A DNA stretch of 64,000 nucleotides, taken from Kondoa subrosea (lineage: Eukaryota). The notes beneath the pieces are model-generated. The model made no database searches and was not told where the DNA came from. It worked only from the letters and a program-made list of their open reading frames with translations. Positions 24,308 to 38,392 of this stretch are shown piece after piece; position 1 is the stretch's first letter; each line of letters opens with the position of its first letter. The translations under genes were made by a program, and so were the position numbers. The stretch is taken from assembly GCA_039545335.1 (NCBI GenBank), contig BCIN01000002.1:434001-498000 (forward strand), in the 5' to 3' direction.

Positions 24308-27053
24308 ATGCTCATATTCATTCTTTCACTATTGCCCTTCTTTCTCTCTACACATGCTCAAGGTCCACAGAGATTGACCAGCCGACAATCTGGTATCAAT
24401 CAAGCCTCTATTGCAGCCTTGTATGTCACGGATACCTCTTTAGATCAACTGACTTCTTAGCTCATGTCTTGACTTCTCGATTCTGCAGGAACGCAACAGT
24501 CGAAGGTCGTCTCTTCTTCGCTGCGCCGATAGCTGCCCCTTGTTTCAAGCAATTCTCCGGGTTTCAAGGTCCTAGCCCCGTCTATAATGCTAACCAGTGC
24601 GCAGCCATTCAAGCTGGTTGGAGCGATTCCAGTAAGCTTGTCTGCTCGTCTTCTGTGTCATGTGTGTCTTATGAGTCGCTCAGAGGTTCAATCTGGAAGC
24701 TATGGTGGTTACGCAGAATCGCAGAACTCAGGCTGCACTGCTCAATCCCAACAATGCATTCTCGATTACAAGAACCCTAAGAATCCTGCTGCCTTCTCTG
24801 GCACATGTGCCATTGGCAGTGTCTCGCCTCTATATGTTCGTCTATCCGTTCTCTTCGTGATCGGTCCAAGAGACTGACTATCTGCCCGCAGATTGATGTT
24901 CGTAAAGCTAGCGATGTGGTTGCAGCATATAAATTCGCAGCAGCCAATGGAATAGCGATCAACATCAAGAGTAGGTCTTTCGCGCTCTTCTACCGCCCCC
25001 GATGCTAAATTGCAAATTCAGACACTGGTCATGATTATCATGTGCGTGTTTGGACATGTACTGATTACTGTTCTCTAAGCTCGTGGTCCAGGGACGCTCT
25101 GCAGCTCCAAATTCGCTTGGTCTATGGACACATAACCTCAAGCAGATGTCCAATACCGGCTCTTACACTCCTGCAGGTTGTTCGCAATCATATCCAGCTA
25201 TGACGATTGGCGCTGGTAGTCAATTCGGCGATGTTTTCAAATATGCGGACGATAACGGTTTCACGGTCGTTGGTGGTTCTTCTTCGGCTGTCGGTATGTC
25301 TCTCGTTCCGGTCTTTCTCCCTTCTGGCTGATTATCCATCAGGCATGTCCGGCGGCTGGGTGGCTTCCGGAGGTCACGGTGTGTTGGCAAACGCCTACGG
25401 TCTTGGTGTTGACAATGTGTGAGTCACTTGGTACAATACGTCCTAACAGTCTGACCAATTCACCTCAGCATCGAATTCAAGGTCGTCACTCCTGCTACCG
25501 GTCACATCACTGCCTCTCGCTGCCAGAATAGTGATGTTTTCTTCGCTTTGGCTGGAGGAGGTGAGCAAATCAGACGCTCTCCTACGTAGTCTGACAAATC
25601 TTCGCAGGACCAAACACCGTTGGAGTCGTTCTGGAATCAACTCATATAACTCACCCTGTCACACCGATGCAAGTAGCTTTCCATGGCATCACTACACCGT
25701 CTGTCGATGCTGCGAAATCTTTCTTGCAATTATCTTCGGCAATGGCTCTGAAGCTTCAGCAGAATGGATGGGGCGGCTATTTGGCTATCACACCTCGTAA
25801 TTTTCCTGCTGTTCAATGTAGTGAATCGCTCTGACAATGTCCTAGGTGTTGGTGACATGAGCGCAGTCATTCTGGTCAACCCCAAGCTGACCAACGCTGA
25901 TGCAAGTGAGTGTAATATCTCAAATACCCCCATTCATTCTGAACTCTCAATCAGCTGCCGATGTTCAGCGTCTCATCGATTTTGTCAATACTTTCCCATC
26001 AAGTCAGATTGTTGCGAACTCAGTTACGCCTGTCTCGACCTTCTACCAAGCGTGTAAGTACCTATCTTTGAATGCATTCATCGTGCTGTAATTACCCTCG
26101 CAGTCACTCAATTTCTCGTTGGGCCAAGTCAGTGTTTCTTGGGCGTCTAAACTGTAGCTGATACGCGAAGACAGCGGGAGAGGCTGCGCCTGTCAGTATG
26201 AACGCTATTGTTGGCTCTCGTCTGCTCACTAAAGAGCTATGGGCTCCGGCAAATGTGAATGCGACAGTCTCGTAAGTTTCAAGATTGTCGCATACTTTCG
26301 ACCTTAACATTTGTATAGGGCTCTGACCGACTTCATGATGACTCTGGACTCAGCGGATAATCAAGAAGGCGAGCCTTGCCTTGCGAACAAACAACGTAAC
26401 TGAATTACTTCTGTAGTATATGGACCTGTTTGTCATAAAATCTCTTGTACGGTGACATACTCACCACCAAAGTAGATCGTACAGCTCTGCCTCACATCTC
26501 CTTTCAGTACTCCGGCTTCTGGCTTCACGTCAGAACCAAATGACTGGCGATCGACAGTCCTGCATGCACTCGTACGTCCTCCTTATCTCAAGGTAACCCG
26601 GTACTCATCTGTTTATCTTTAGGGTGGTGTGGCTTGGTCTTTCGACTCTCCAGCATCTTACAAACTTGATCGCAAGAATACTTTGAATAATGCTGTCGAT
26701 ATCCTTCGCAAGTTAAAACCATCTGGTCATGCTTATATCAACGAGGTATTGTGCCTAGACTCTGCTCTAAGTCCTTGTCTCATTGCTTTCAAGGCATTCT
26801 ATGCCGAACCAAACTATCAGAGCACCTACTGGGATAGCGCATCCTACACCAAGCTAGCAGCGATCAAGAAGAAGTATGATCCTCAAGTAAGCCAAAGACC
26901 TAGCACACGGGAGATCCAGCTGAGACCCTGTTCAGACTCTGCTCAACTGCTACCAATGCGTTGGATTCAACCCAGCTCTCCCTAAATACAATGTGCGCTG
27001 AAGTCAATGCTTATCGAGTTACGCTGATCATCTTCATGCAGTGCTACGGCTAA
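24308..27053 (+). CDS. Secreted BBE-like FAD-linked oxidoreductase, many short exons
   Basis: Signal peptide, LNATVEGRL, IKNTGHDY (FAD-binding His), GRSAAPNSLGLWTHNL, GGWVASGGHG...YGLGVDNV, AYINE, LAAIKKKYDP, NCYQCVG. Confidence 0.88.
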
Positions 27054-27249
27054 TCACTCTCTTTCTTTCGTTGTATGAGAACATTCTGTTGACCTGTATT
27101 TTACTCGTTTTGGGGAAGTTATTTATACACGAAGAGTTTCTGTACTACTGCTGTCGAAGGAGCTCTAAACCTTTCATACTATCGTTATAATTCAATACTT
27201 CGCGCCAAGTCGCGTCATTTCACAACATCCATTTCGAACTTCTCAGTGG

Positions 27250-27997
27250 ATGGGCGAAAGCACTGACATGCTCTTCAGCACATTCAATGTTTCCAATCAA
27301 ATCTTTTACTACTCGAAGCGATCTTTGGGTTTGGTGAATTTGATGCCAATTGTGCCAGGACGAAAGTGTTGTTTTCTTGTGATCGCTGCAAGAAGCTAAT
27401 AGTAGACCACAGATGTGCTAGTAATACCTCGACGGGTCACTCCACGATTGAGTGATCTCACTCCTGAAGAAGTCACAGATCTATTCCTTTCCGCTCAACT
27501 GATAGGCAAGACAATTGAACGAGAATTCAAAGCTACATCATTAACTGTAGCTTGCCAAGTGCGTGCAGAATAAAGTATGCGTGCTATGTACAGAACGATG
27601 AACTGAACTATGATATGATTATTAGGATGGACCAGAAGCTGGTCAGTACTACAATAGAATAGATACATAATAAGTTACTGAGGTGTGAAGTCCGTAGGCC
27701 AATCTGTTCCTCGTGAGTTGCTTTCAAGAAGCTGAACGGTGCCAAACTGATTCTTCGAAAGACGTTCATGTGCATGTGATGCCTCGACGTCGCAACGATT
27801 TCGACCCAATAGATAAGATATACGATACTCTTGATACGGAAGGTGCAAAGGGAGCTGTGGTTGAGACAGCGGGAAGACAAGGTGAAAGATTGAAGATGGA
27901 TGGTGATAGGAAACCAAGATCAGCCGAGGAGATGGAAAAGGAAGCGAAGTGGTTGTCGCAGTTCTTCCCAGACAATCAAGACCCCAGTTCTCGATGA
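27250..27997 (+). CDS. HNT2: Fhit / bis(5'-adenosyl)-triphosphatase (HIT family)
   Basis: [52 protein letters not shown]. Confidence 0.9.
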
Positions 27998-30140
27998 TCT
28001 AGAGCATTGGCTCGCGTATAATCAGGTTGAAGGGATTCGATGTAACTATAGTATTGAAACCGAGGTCGGAAAGCTGAACTTGCAGAAGAGAGTTTGGCTT
28101 CTTCCGCGATTTTGCGATTGCGATCAGGTCTGATGCCAGAGGGCACGGTGTAAGGTGATGAATCGTAGCCAGTAAAGCGATGGTGTGCATGTTTGGCTGT
28201 ATGTTGCTTGTAAACAAGTTCGGCAAAGTCGGCGCAAGTCATTTGATACTCGAAGAGCTTCAACAGATGATCGAACTAGTATGTATTCATCAGCAGGATC
28301 TCAAGAGTGATTTGATTGCACAGACCTTTCTTTCAATAAGATCCATCAGGTCTTCAGCATTAGGTTTCTCGAGAGGTAGCTCTTGAATGACCCCAGAATC
28401 CGTATCAGGAGATTCCTTATCGGGCAGAATGTGTTCATGTTGACCATTGATTCTCTCTTGCTTTGTGCCAAACCAGAGTTCGAACATTTGCAACTTCTCT
28501 CGATCATTTTTGCAGCGGACCATGATCCGATCCAAGCGATGTCGATTGATTTGCACAATCGCTCCTCTCCAAGCATGATGCAACTTTTCGTCCGAATAAC
28601 CTTTGCCTTCTTCAGTTGAAAGTACTTCATTCTTGATCTTGTCAAAGCTCAAGAAAGGGTTATGAGCATCCAATTCTGAATCCCAACCTAACAATTCATC
28701 TTTCCTTTCTTCACTTAGCGGAAGAAGACTATAAGCAGATTTGATGTCCAAATGACCATCGAATTCATTCTCTCTTGGATCTGGTCGGAATTCTAGTTCA
28801 GGTAATTCCCTTTGTGAAAAGGAAGAGTTCCTTTCTACCCAAGCTGCTTCTTCAGGATCTAGTGTAGTTGCAGTAGAAGGATCATATTGCAGATGATCAG
28901 GTGCTTTGACAGTATCAGCCTTGGAACCAGGTTTGATCCTTTGTCTCAACCATCTTCTTCTCCTTACGAAAGATCGACAAAAGAGAGGAGTCGAATGCCA
29001 GGTCTTCCGGGGATCTCGAAGATGCCGGAAAGAGAAAGCATACTCCCAACCATCTTTGTCTACTTTTCTATGCTCATCGCATTTCGTATCTATGCGCCAT
29101 TCGCCTTGTATATGCCATTGAGGAGTTATAGGCGGGAAACAGTCTGGAGTATAGAGTGAAGTTCTGTTTTGATGCTAAACACATTAGTACGAGAAAGATC
29201 ATAAAGGGCTAAAATAGACTTGCCTTAGTTTCTCGTCGCACCATGGCTTGGGATCGAAAGGCAACAGAGCATTAGCTGACCAACGTCCATTAACACCACG
29301 TTGAATCTCCCAAAGCACATCATAACCCCATCTTTGTTTCTCCTGCTCTTCGAGATTCACTTGCACTTCGTGCATGACATTAGTGAACTTCTCATCATCT
29401 TCCTCTGATTTAGTCCGACGAATGGATTCCTGCACATAAGAAGGAGATCGCTTGAGTTTGGCTTTGTAGCGCTGTCGTCTGGAAGTAGGCGCTTTCCTGA
29501 CTCGACTAGTATCATCGTTATCTAATGTGAGTTTACGAGAGATTATGGAAGGCTCAGGACTTGAGGGTCTTTGGGTAGAAGCGGAAGAGGAAGAAGGCTG
29601 AGTATGTAAATTGAAAAAAGTGCTGTTATCCGGTGCTAATTGAGTAGTCGAACCAGTCGGACTTTCACTAAACTCTTCAGGAGCTTGATCTTCTTCACCT
29701 CTAGCTTCATCTTCTTCAGGAATACTTGAAGGTCTAGAACCGACTGAAATCTCTTCAGCGTCATCCGAATACTCTTCAGGTAAATCCAAGAATTGAATCT
29801 GTTCAGCTTCTTCTACGGTTTCCTTCCCAACTAGACTACCCAACTTTGCAGCAAACTTCCTTTGAGCAAACTTTGGAACTGTAGTCTTGCCCACTGCTAA
29901 GTTCACCCTCTTGTTATCTTGAGGAGTAAACCAATCATGATCCAAAGGTTCGTACAAATCACTAGGAGATCTATGCAAGTGTGCTTTGCCTTTGGAAGCT
30001 TTCTTGTGCAGTCGAGTTCGCTTTCGTCTTGAGGACTTGGTCCGCTCGATCAAAGCTTGCTGAGCTTGAGTAAGAGCATGTTCGTCTTGATGTGCATCTG
30101 CAGAGGTGACAATATGCAGATCTGGTACTGCTTCAGCCAT
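27976..30140 (-). CDS. DysF (dysferlin/peroxin-type) domain protein, Spo73/Mug65-like
   Basis: YDVLWEIQRG, WSANALLPFDPKPW, VDKDGWEYAFSF, SFVRRRRWLRQR, NDREKL. Confidence 0.78.
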
Positions 30141-30358
30141 CCTCAGTTCAGAACATCATCGTCGACGTAAGAAATCAACAATCCGAAATTCAAATCCCGA
30201 AAGCTTGTAGGTGAAGGTCACGAGTACTCAGGCAAGGCAAGGCGAGGCTTATGTTGTATGATGCCTGTATGCTACATTAGAAGAGTGATGCTTTGTGCCA
30301 AAATCTAAACAAAACTGATGCTCGTCATCGGACTTCTACTTTTGCCTCTTCTTGCTAT

Positions 30359-31302
30359 CTATTCTGCACTTGTCACGACACCGACTTGCGCAGGCCTTAG
30401 CAGTCGTTCCTTGAACATCCAGCCCTTCATTTGCCATCGACAATCAGATGGGATCAAAGTAGGCAGAACTTAAGCTCACCTTCTTTTGGCAGTCAAAGAC
30501 CGTGTTTGGTTCTTTTCCAGGTGCAGCGAATTGGTACAGCGCTTCATGCCTATTGGGATCAAACTTCTCTCCAACCGGATCAAAACTGGATGCTCCAAAT
30601 CGACTTAAAGTCTTCTCTAATTCCAAATGAGTCATTTGCACTCCTTTGTACAAATCAACAAGATCTTGAGATATAGGATGTGTTGTTCCCGTTGAATCTT
30701 CTTCTGCTGCTGCTGGGGGAGGGGTACGTTTAGATTCTGGTACAGAGTTTAAAGCCATTTGCAATACATCGAGATTAGAAACTAGATCGGTTGCGAATTT
30801 CTGAATAGCGTATTCTTTAGCTTTCTTGACTTCTTGCGCTGTCTTCTTTTGCAAATTATCGAAATCTGCCATTGTCGTTAATAGAGCGTTCTGTCAGTCA
30901 TTACCTCCATCGCATCAGCGCAAGTGTGAGACAGATAAGGCAGTATAGACTGACCCTTAGCTCTGCTATCTCCTTATCCTTCTTGCTGATTAACAATTCA
31001 TGCTCCGAAGGTTCCTCTACAGCTTGAGCTTTACTCGATCCTGCTTCAGCTACTGATTCCGCTTCCAATGGAGGCGTTTCCGTGTTGGCTCCCTCAGCTG
31101 TTGATTCCGCAGCAGAAGCAGTAGCAGCACTATAACATCTCTTGCTTGCTTTATTTTGCAACCGTGGCAATTTTAAAGGTTGACGAATAAAAGCTAGAGG
31201 TATAGCAGAGGAAGAAGGTATAGGGGAAGCATGTTGTAGAGCTTGCCTAGCTGCTGCTGCTGTATTTGTAGAAGCAGTAAACTTTCTCACTTGGCCAAAC
31301 AT
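30359..31302 (-). CDS. MGE1: Mitochondrial GrpE nucleotide exchange factor
   Basis: Presequence, ADFDNLQK, AIQKFATDL, GEKFDPNRHEALY, GWMFKERLLRPAQVGV. Confidence 0.95.
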
Positions 31303-31761
31303 TTTTGAAATGGTAGTAATGTGTCAAGCTGAGGAAGTTTATATGACACAAATTGGATTGCATTCGTTCGAGTTTTTCTAAGTAGTCTTAATTTGCGATA
31401 CTCCCCTTAGACATGCTTGAAACCCCCTTTTTCTTCCCCTTTTCCCTCATATGGCACAAAATAACTTTACAGAAACATTTTCATAGTTGCGACGAGACGT
31501 AATAAGCAAGACAGAAATAAGAGAGGGAAAACCGTTGCGTGTAGTGCATATGCGGAGAAATGAATGCATGCCGGTGTAAGAAGAGAGCAGATGAGGAAGA
31601 TGTTGTGATGTTCGTTTTTTCGTTTTTTCGTTAATGGAAAGTCGAGTTGTCGGATGAATAGTGACCATACGATAAGGCAGGGTTGCAGTCCGGCTGTTGG
31701 AAGAGTTGACCATATTGAATGCTGTATCACATCATCAGCATTTTGTCTCAGAGAATTGGCA

Positions 31762-33943
31762 TCAGACAAGAACCCACTCAAGAAGTTCCGCATCAGTCAC
31801 CATACCCATTGGAACCCCACCCATTCCATCAGAAGACATCATAAAGTGTTCAGGAATAGCAGCCAAGCTTTCCGCAGCCGATCCGATCGGTCCAGCGTAG
31901 TACAAAGTTTCTTCTTCACCATTTGTTGACTCTTGGTGTCGATGATGATCGAATTGATGCATTGGATTGATAGCAACTGGTTGAGCTAAAGGTAAAGCAT
32001 TGTGCATAGCTCGACTTGCTCCATCGAATCCAGTTCCAGGTGAATGATAGCTCATTTGATCAACCAAAGTCCGACCGTTAAACTTGTAGGAGGAAGGCAA
32101 CGTAAGTTTCGGCGAAAAAGGTGTGGTAGGTGTACGATGCTCGTTAGAGTCGCTATGGTACGAGGCTGTGGAATTGCCCATACCAGAATCTGGAGTTTGA
32201 GGTGGACTTGACTTGTTATATACAGTTCTATATTGGGAAAAGCGAGAACTGGTGCGTTGCTTCTGAGGTGAACCCGGGCCATAAGAGAATTCTTGTTGAT
32301 CCAGATGCAGATCTGCGAAAGCAGGTGATTGTTCGCAGGCCAAAGGCAAAGAAGCTCGATGATGCATGTGATGACTGGCTTGAACATTTTCATATGTCGG
32401 GCTGTGTAGAGCATCCATAGAAGCCCCAGAGGTGTACATTGCTGGTAGACTGCCTGAGCGCTGCAGGAAGTGAGAAGAAGGAATGGAAGACGCTGGGCTG
32501 AAATCAGAATAGCGGTGATTTGGGTTGAAAGAGTTTTCGAAATAGCTTGGACTTGTTGAAGCGCTTGAATCGCTGGAGGAAGTAGACAGAGCTGGCAGAC
32601 TGCTGTTGCTGAAACTGTGCGGAACCATGAACTCGCCAGGTGAGCTCAAAGAGGCGCTCATGGCAGCAGAGGCGAATTGAGAGTGGGTGTAGAATTGGGG
32701 GAAAGGTTGCTCGCTCTTTTGAATGGAAGTCGTGCGGGAACGGCGCATAGGTGAAGCTTGCGAAGCGCGAGGCCGATTGATGCTTCTTGACATCGCATCT
32801 TCTGCATCGCCTGATGATGACTGCGATTCCCACATGAATGGATCGACTTGACCGTGGATCGGGGCAGTCATTGCACCGCTAGGCTCAAAGCCATTGTGAG
32901 AAGATAAAGTGCCGAAAAACTCTTTATCCAGATTGCAAGCGCGTGCCAAAGTACGCTTTGAAGAGCGACGCAAAGCGACTCGAGCATCGACTGGTGAAGT
33001 CGATCGAGACATGGCCAATGGCGAAAGAGGAGAAGGACTGCCTTGACGGCTTCCACTTTTATTGGACGAAGAGGCATTAGAAAGAGTTCGAGCGCGACCA
33101 TAAGGTGAATATCGAGGTGTGTTGGATATGGATTTAGCTAGAGGAGCGATCGCCGGCGATTGCAGATTTGTTAGACTGGCCAAAGAAGCGGAAGCAGGAG
33201 ATGGCGGTCGGGAAGAGGAGAAAGAAGGACCAGCCTGTGGAGGTGACTGTAAAACCAAAGGAGGAGCTTTCATTGGTTCTATAACAGAAGGGATGCCGTT
33301 TAGAACCGGAATAGAGCCGTCTGAAGAATTGCTGTTTGCACTTTTGCGTTTCGAGCGTTGCAAAGACGTATTGAAATGATTCTTGATAGCATTGTCTGGC
33401 CTGCCAGGCAATGACTTTGCGATTTCGGCCCATTTAGTGCCAAGTTTCTTATATAGATCGAAGATGATAGCGTTCTCCTCGGCTGTAAAAGCACCTTTGA
33501 GAACTGCGCAGCGTGATCAGATGAGATATCAAAACTTTCAGAATGGAAAGACGCGTACTTGAGGGGTCCAAATGATTGTGCCATCGTTCTCTGCACTGCT
33601 TCCCTGTTCGACTACCCATTCTTTCGGCTATTTGAGCCCACTTTTCTGCACCATACTCCGCAATCAGATTCTTCAGTTTGGCATCCTCTGCTTGAGACCA
33701 AGGACCCTTGATGGTCTGATTTTGACGAATTTGCTCCCACCGCACAAGACAATCTTCCGCCGTATGTTCGCCGTGTGGGAAATTTCGCTGAGCAATAGTT
33801 TGAAGATCCAGATGAACGCCAGTCTGAGTTGAAGTCATTGCAGCCCGAAGCCTCTCGTCCTCTTGAGCCGTCCAAGTATTGTTCGCGGAAGAACTTTGCC
33901 GAGCAGATTGTGCTTGACTTGATTTTTTCGCGTGCTTGGTCAT
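31762..33943 (-). CDS. Myb-domain transcription factor (two canonical repeats plus a degenerate first repeat)
   Basis: [47 protein letters not shown], long Ser-rich C-terminus. Confidence 0.92.
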
Positions 33944-35304
33944 GCTGGGCTAGACAAAGAAGGTTGCTAGAGGTGTAGCGTGATCTTGCAAGAAGTTATA
34001 GAGCTTGCAAAGTTAGAGATGCTAAATAAATGCGTGGTGTAAGGACCGAATAGATCAACACATGAAAGAGTGAGTAGCTGTTGCAAGTTGCAGGGCAGAT
34101 GGTAAGAGTGTGTTATGGAAGAAAAGTGGACAAGCAGCACTTACTTCTACCAAGGATTATCGGAGAATCAGGCGCGCGTATTAAAAGGTATATTCCCGAG
34201 ATTTGCTTAGGTGAGCGAGGCCTGCTGATCAAATGCTCGATTTGGCGTGAGGCACAAGGGCAAACGGCACGAGGACTGGCGGATATGCAAGCGGAGATAG
34301 GAACCAAGAGATGTTGGCCAACCAAGGAAAGTGCAGAGCTGCTTGCTAGTTTTGGGTTCTCGTAGATGCAAAAGAGTGTCGTGGAGTGCTGCGGACGCGA
34401 ATGATGAACTGAGATTAGCTTTGAACTAAGGCGCAGGGAGAGACCTCGGCTCCTTTTTCGACTTTCTTGTGATTGTGATCGGCGAATCACAAAGAGTGGA
34501 TTCTAGGGCGGAAAGGTCCCGTGAGCAACCAACACACGCTTCAAGTGTCGCAGTGCAAGGAATACTCAAGCCCTGCGACCCGTATTCAAACGCAAAATCA
34601 GACGCGACCGGCCAATAAATTGCAGATTTGATCTTTGTCTCACGGAAAGCATGTTGCCATATGTTCTTTTCGGCTTCCTATACTCCTGCCTGCGCCTAGC
34701 TTTCATTCCAGTACAGCCCGTCCCGTCATTGCTGTTCTACAAGTACCAGTACTAGTAACGCTGGAAGAGCTCCCCTTGGAGGAATCCCATTTTGTACAAC
34801 AACCGCGTCATTTTCTTAAATAGACAGGCTCCATGCTCATATTTGCACTGCAATGAAGTTAGAGGGAAGCTGTATCTTCAATCGGCCCAATTGCTGCCTG
34901 GTTGCAAAACCTCTGTTTTGGATCTTCTCATATTTGTTTGCTTTTGTCCTTGTTGTTTTTTAGTTGCTCGTCTGCCTATATCTCTCACACATCCAAGTCT
35001 TGCTCGCGCGAGAAAAGAAGCGAATCAGGAAAGAAGCTCCATTCAGCTGCTGCAAGGCCAAAGCACTTCATTCTTTGTCCCTGCTTTTTGTTTCGCTAGG
35101 CCTCGTCTCTTTCTTGTCATCGTGTTCTGCATCACCTATCAGTTGATCGCAATCATTCAAGGCTAGAAGAGGTCAACAAGCAGGCCGATCTCACAACGAG
35201 CAAAGCGCTAGAAGAAATCGTTTGGAAATTATCGCTTAGGCCTGTTGGCTTTGGCTTGCCTGCAGTCCACTTACTACATCAGTCTACACCAGTAATAGCA
35301 AACA

Positions 35305-38285
35305 ATGAAGCAAGAAGTGCTGGCGGATGACGCTACAACAAATTGGTCTCAACAGTTCTGGGCTCAGATTGCGGTTTGTGCAGCTCCCACTGTATTGCTT
35401 TTCCAGCTTAGCAAAAGGACAGGATCCCGCTTCTGGTCATATAGTCTACGTGAATCCTGTCAGCGGAGAATGTAGATGGTCTCTACAAGCTGGAGCTTTC
35501 GTGTAAGTCAAAATACTTCTGCCTTGAAGATATTCAAGTTGACGGACTGCGCAGCCTTCCGCGAAACCCTAATGGAGAATGGTGGGAGATGGAAGATGTG
35601 TCGACCGGTCTGCCATACTTTTACAACACCATGTCGAAAGAGACTACTTGGGAAAGGCCAGATCAAGCTACTATTATACCTTTAACAGCTGTTCAAGTAT
35701 GCTACCTTCCCTGTGGCTTAGGAGTTCATGATCTTTACTGATTGCGCTGCAGAAATCTTCCGTTGGGCGGCGTTTCTCACGACAACTTGTGCCCGAATCG
35801 GTTTCGGCTCATTCTCCAGCCAGTCCTACTAGATCTGATATGGCGAGCGAAAGTGATTGCGAAGAGTCGTTGCTCTCAAGTCCGCCGCATTCACCTGCGT
35901 TATCGCCAGCTAAATCGCGAGCCAATTCCACCCCTCCTACCTCTCCTTCCGTTTCAGCATCGTCCTCTCTTCTCGAAAGTCACTCTTGCTCGACCTTTGC
36001 CTCAATATCGTATCTCACAACAGAAACTAGCGTTCATGCTACCATGGACAGTCCACGCGAACGCAGACGGAAAAACGATGCCAGCATCCCACCTGTTCCG
36101 TCCCTACCTTCGACTCTAGCATCTCCAAAGCCAGGTATGGGCAAGAAACGAAGTGCTCCTCCTTCGATCAAGACTTCTGCAACCATTGACAAGGATTTAC
36201 CTTCACTACCTCATGCTCGACAAATTCGGAGACGGTATAAATCAGCAGCTAACCTGAGAAATCCAGAATGGAACGATACTTACAAGTTTGACTCCAATAC
36301 TTCTTCGCCTACTACTTTACCTCGACCCAGAGATCACAAGCGTTCGTCTACTGGACCTTCACCTACTCAGAAATCAAGAGAAGTATCTGTACCTTTCACT
36401 GATGTCAGCAATATAGTCAAGAACTCACCTAAAGCACCTAATAAGCTCAAAAAGAAGACTTCCGCTCTGCCGAAAGAGGAAGAAGAAGCGATTCCGACGA
36501 AAAGATTCTCCACGGGCATTCATCAGCTTTTGCCAAACGAAGTCCGGAATGAGCTTCTCAGCTTTGTCTCGAGTGCATTTGCCAATGAACGAGTGGCCAA
36601 ACCGAAAACTGGGCTGTTCAAGAGAGCTATTCCCTTGGCAGACCTGCTAGTATGGCAAGGAGTGAGTCATATTGCTGATACTGTTGACTACCCTAATTAT
36701 CAGGATAGAATGCTCTAGCGTCACCTTTGTTAAATCTGGTCAAAACTCTTCGATATGAAGCTCTGCACTGCTTCAAACTGTTACAACAAATTATGGGCGA
36801 TCGGCCAACGATCGCTTTCTATCGTAGACGAACAAGCAAGGAATCTTCGTCATCGCGGGCTACTATGGAAGAAGAAGAAGCTTTGGACGAAGAATGGTCT
36901 GACGATACTTTGGACGATACAAGGACGTTATGTGACTTTGGTCTCATCCATGGTGAAATAAGAGACGAGCTCTATATGCAACTGGTGAGGCAGTGCGCGC
37001 GTTCGACGATCAACAGATCTGATTTTTGTTGTCAGATTAAACAGCTGACTTCCAATCCTTCGATGTCAGTGTTCCTGCAGTGAAAATGCTTCTATCTGAC
37101 ATATATCTTAGTCGCAGCACTATTAGAGGATGGCGCCTACTGCAAGTATACCTTTGCATCTTTCCTTCAGTCAGTGCCTCAACTTTACTTTACATCGAAT
37201 CTCATGTATTACAAACAGTCCAAGAACTTCGAGCAGCACCTCGGCGACTTCATCTCTGGGCAAAAAGATCATTCTTCTCGTAATCTAGTGACAATGAGCA
37301 ATTTCTGTCTAAGAAGGCTCAGCGTCATCTCTACCAAAGGACCTCGAGGTCGGACTCCGCCTACAGCAGAGCTTCTAAGTTTGTCCAAAGCTGCCTTCAA
37401 CCCCAATGTCTTCTTAGAATCTTTACCGACCGTTTTTGCTCTGCAAGCTGAAGTCCAACCTCAACTTACTGTTCCAGCGTGTCTCATTTTCTTGGCCAAC
37501 GGAATACTTGCATCAGGCGGTCTGCGTACAGAGGGCATCTTTCGAGTCCCGGCAGATGTGGAAGCAGTCAATGAGGTAAGTTTGATATTATGCATTTCGC
37601 GTACCGGGCTGAGTGAAACGCTACAGCTTCGGTACAAGATTGACGATGGAATCTATGAGCTACCTGACGGAGTCGACGTCTACACTCTTGCCAGCGTCTT
37701 CAAGCTCTTCTTTCGCGACATGACGAATCCCCTCGTGCCCGCGAAATATTACTCAGATTGTCTAAGAAGTGCAGAGGACGAGGAAGCGTGAGTTAAGGCA
37801 TTTTCTCGAAGCTGTGACCTTATCGCTGATTGCCCTTGTAGTATTTACGCCATTCTGCTTCAATTGCCCATCATAAATCGCTCGGTCTTGGCTTTTCTGA
37901 TTACCTTCCTCCAGCTTTTCACTTCCGACCCGGTGATTGAAGCTACGCGGATGTCGGTCTCGAATCTCGCGATGGTAAGTTATCGTTTTCTTTGTCCCTG
38001 ATTGTCTCTCGCGTAACTTTCCCATGTCTAACGGATGCTTTAGATTTGGGCGCCAAATATATTACGCTCTAGTTCGCATTCTCTTAATGTAGTCTTTACG
38101 AATGCCAGGTCAGTCTCTACTTTTGTTTGCCCGCTCAAAAGGAGGGTGTAACCTTATTTGCCTGAAATAGAGTCGAATATTTATTCGTCATGAAACTATT
38201 AGAAGGTTTCAAGCCCGACAGGATCGGTCTCACCGAGACATACGACCATCCTCTTCTTTTACCAGATCCGCCGCTTGTCATGTAA
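35305..38285 (+). CDS. WW-WW-MyTH4-RhoGAP protein (ARHGAP39/Vilse-like)
   Basis: WW motifs (YVNPVSGECRW; YFYNTMSKETTWERP), MyTH4 (FKLLQQIMGDR, EIRDELYMQL), RhoGAP (TEGIFRVP, ASVFKLFFR, RMSVSNLAM|IWAPNILR). Confidence 0.88.
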
Positions 38286-38392
38286 AGTGTATGATGGATA
38301 TTTTGATGTCGATAGTATTATTAAGGGAGTTCAATAGTTCAGGTTTAATGCAAAAAGTATATGCTTGGGTATCTACCATAAATAATACACGA

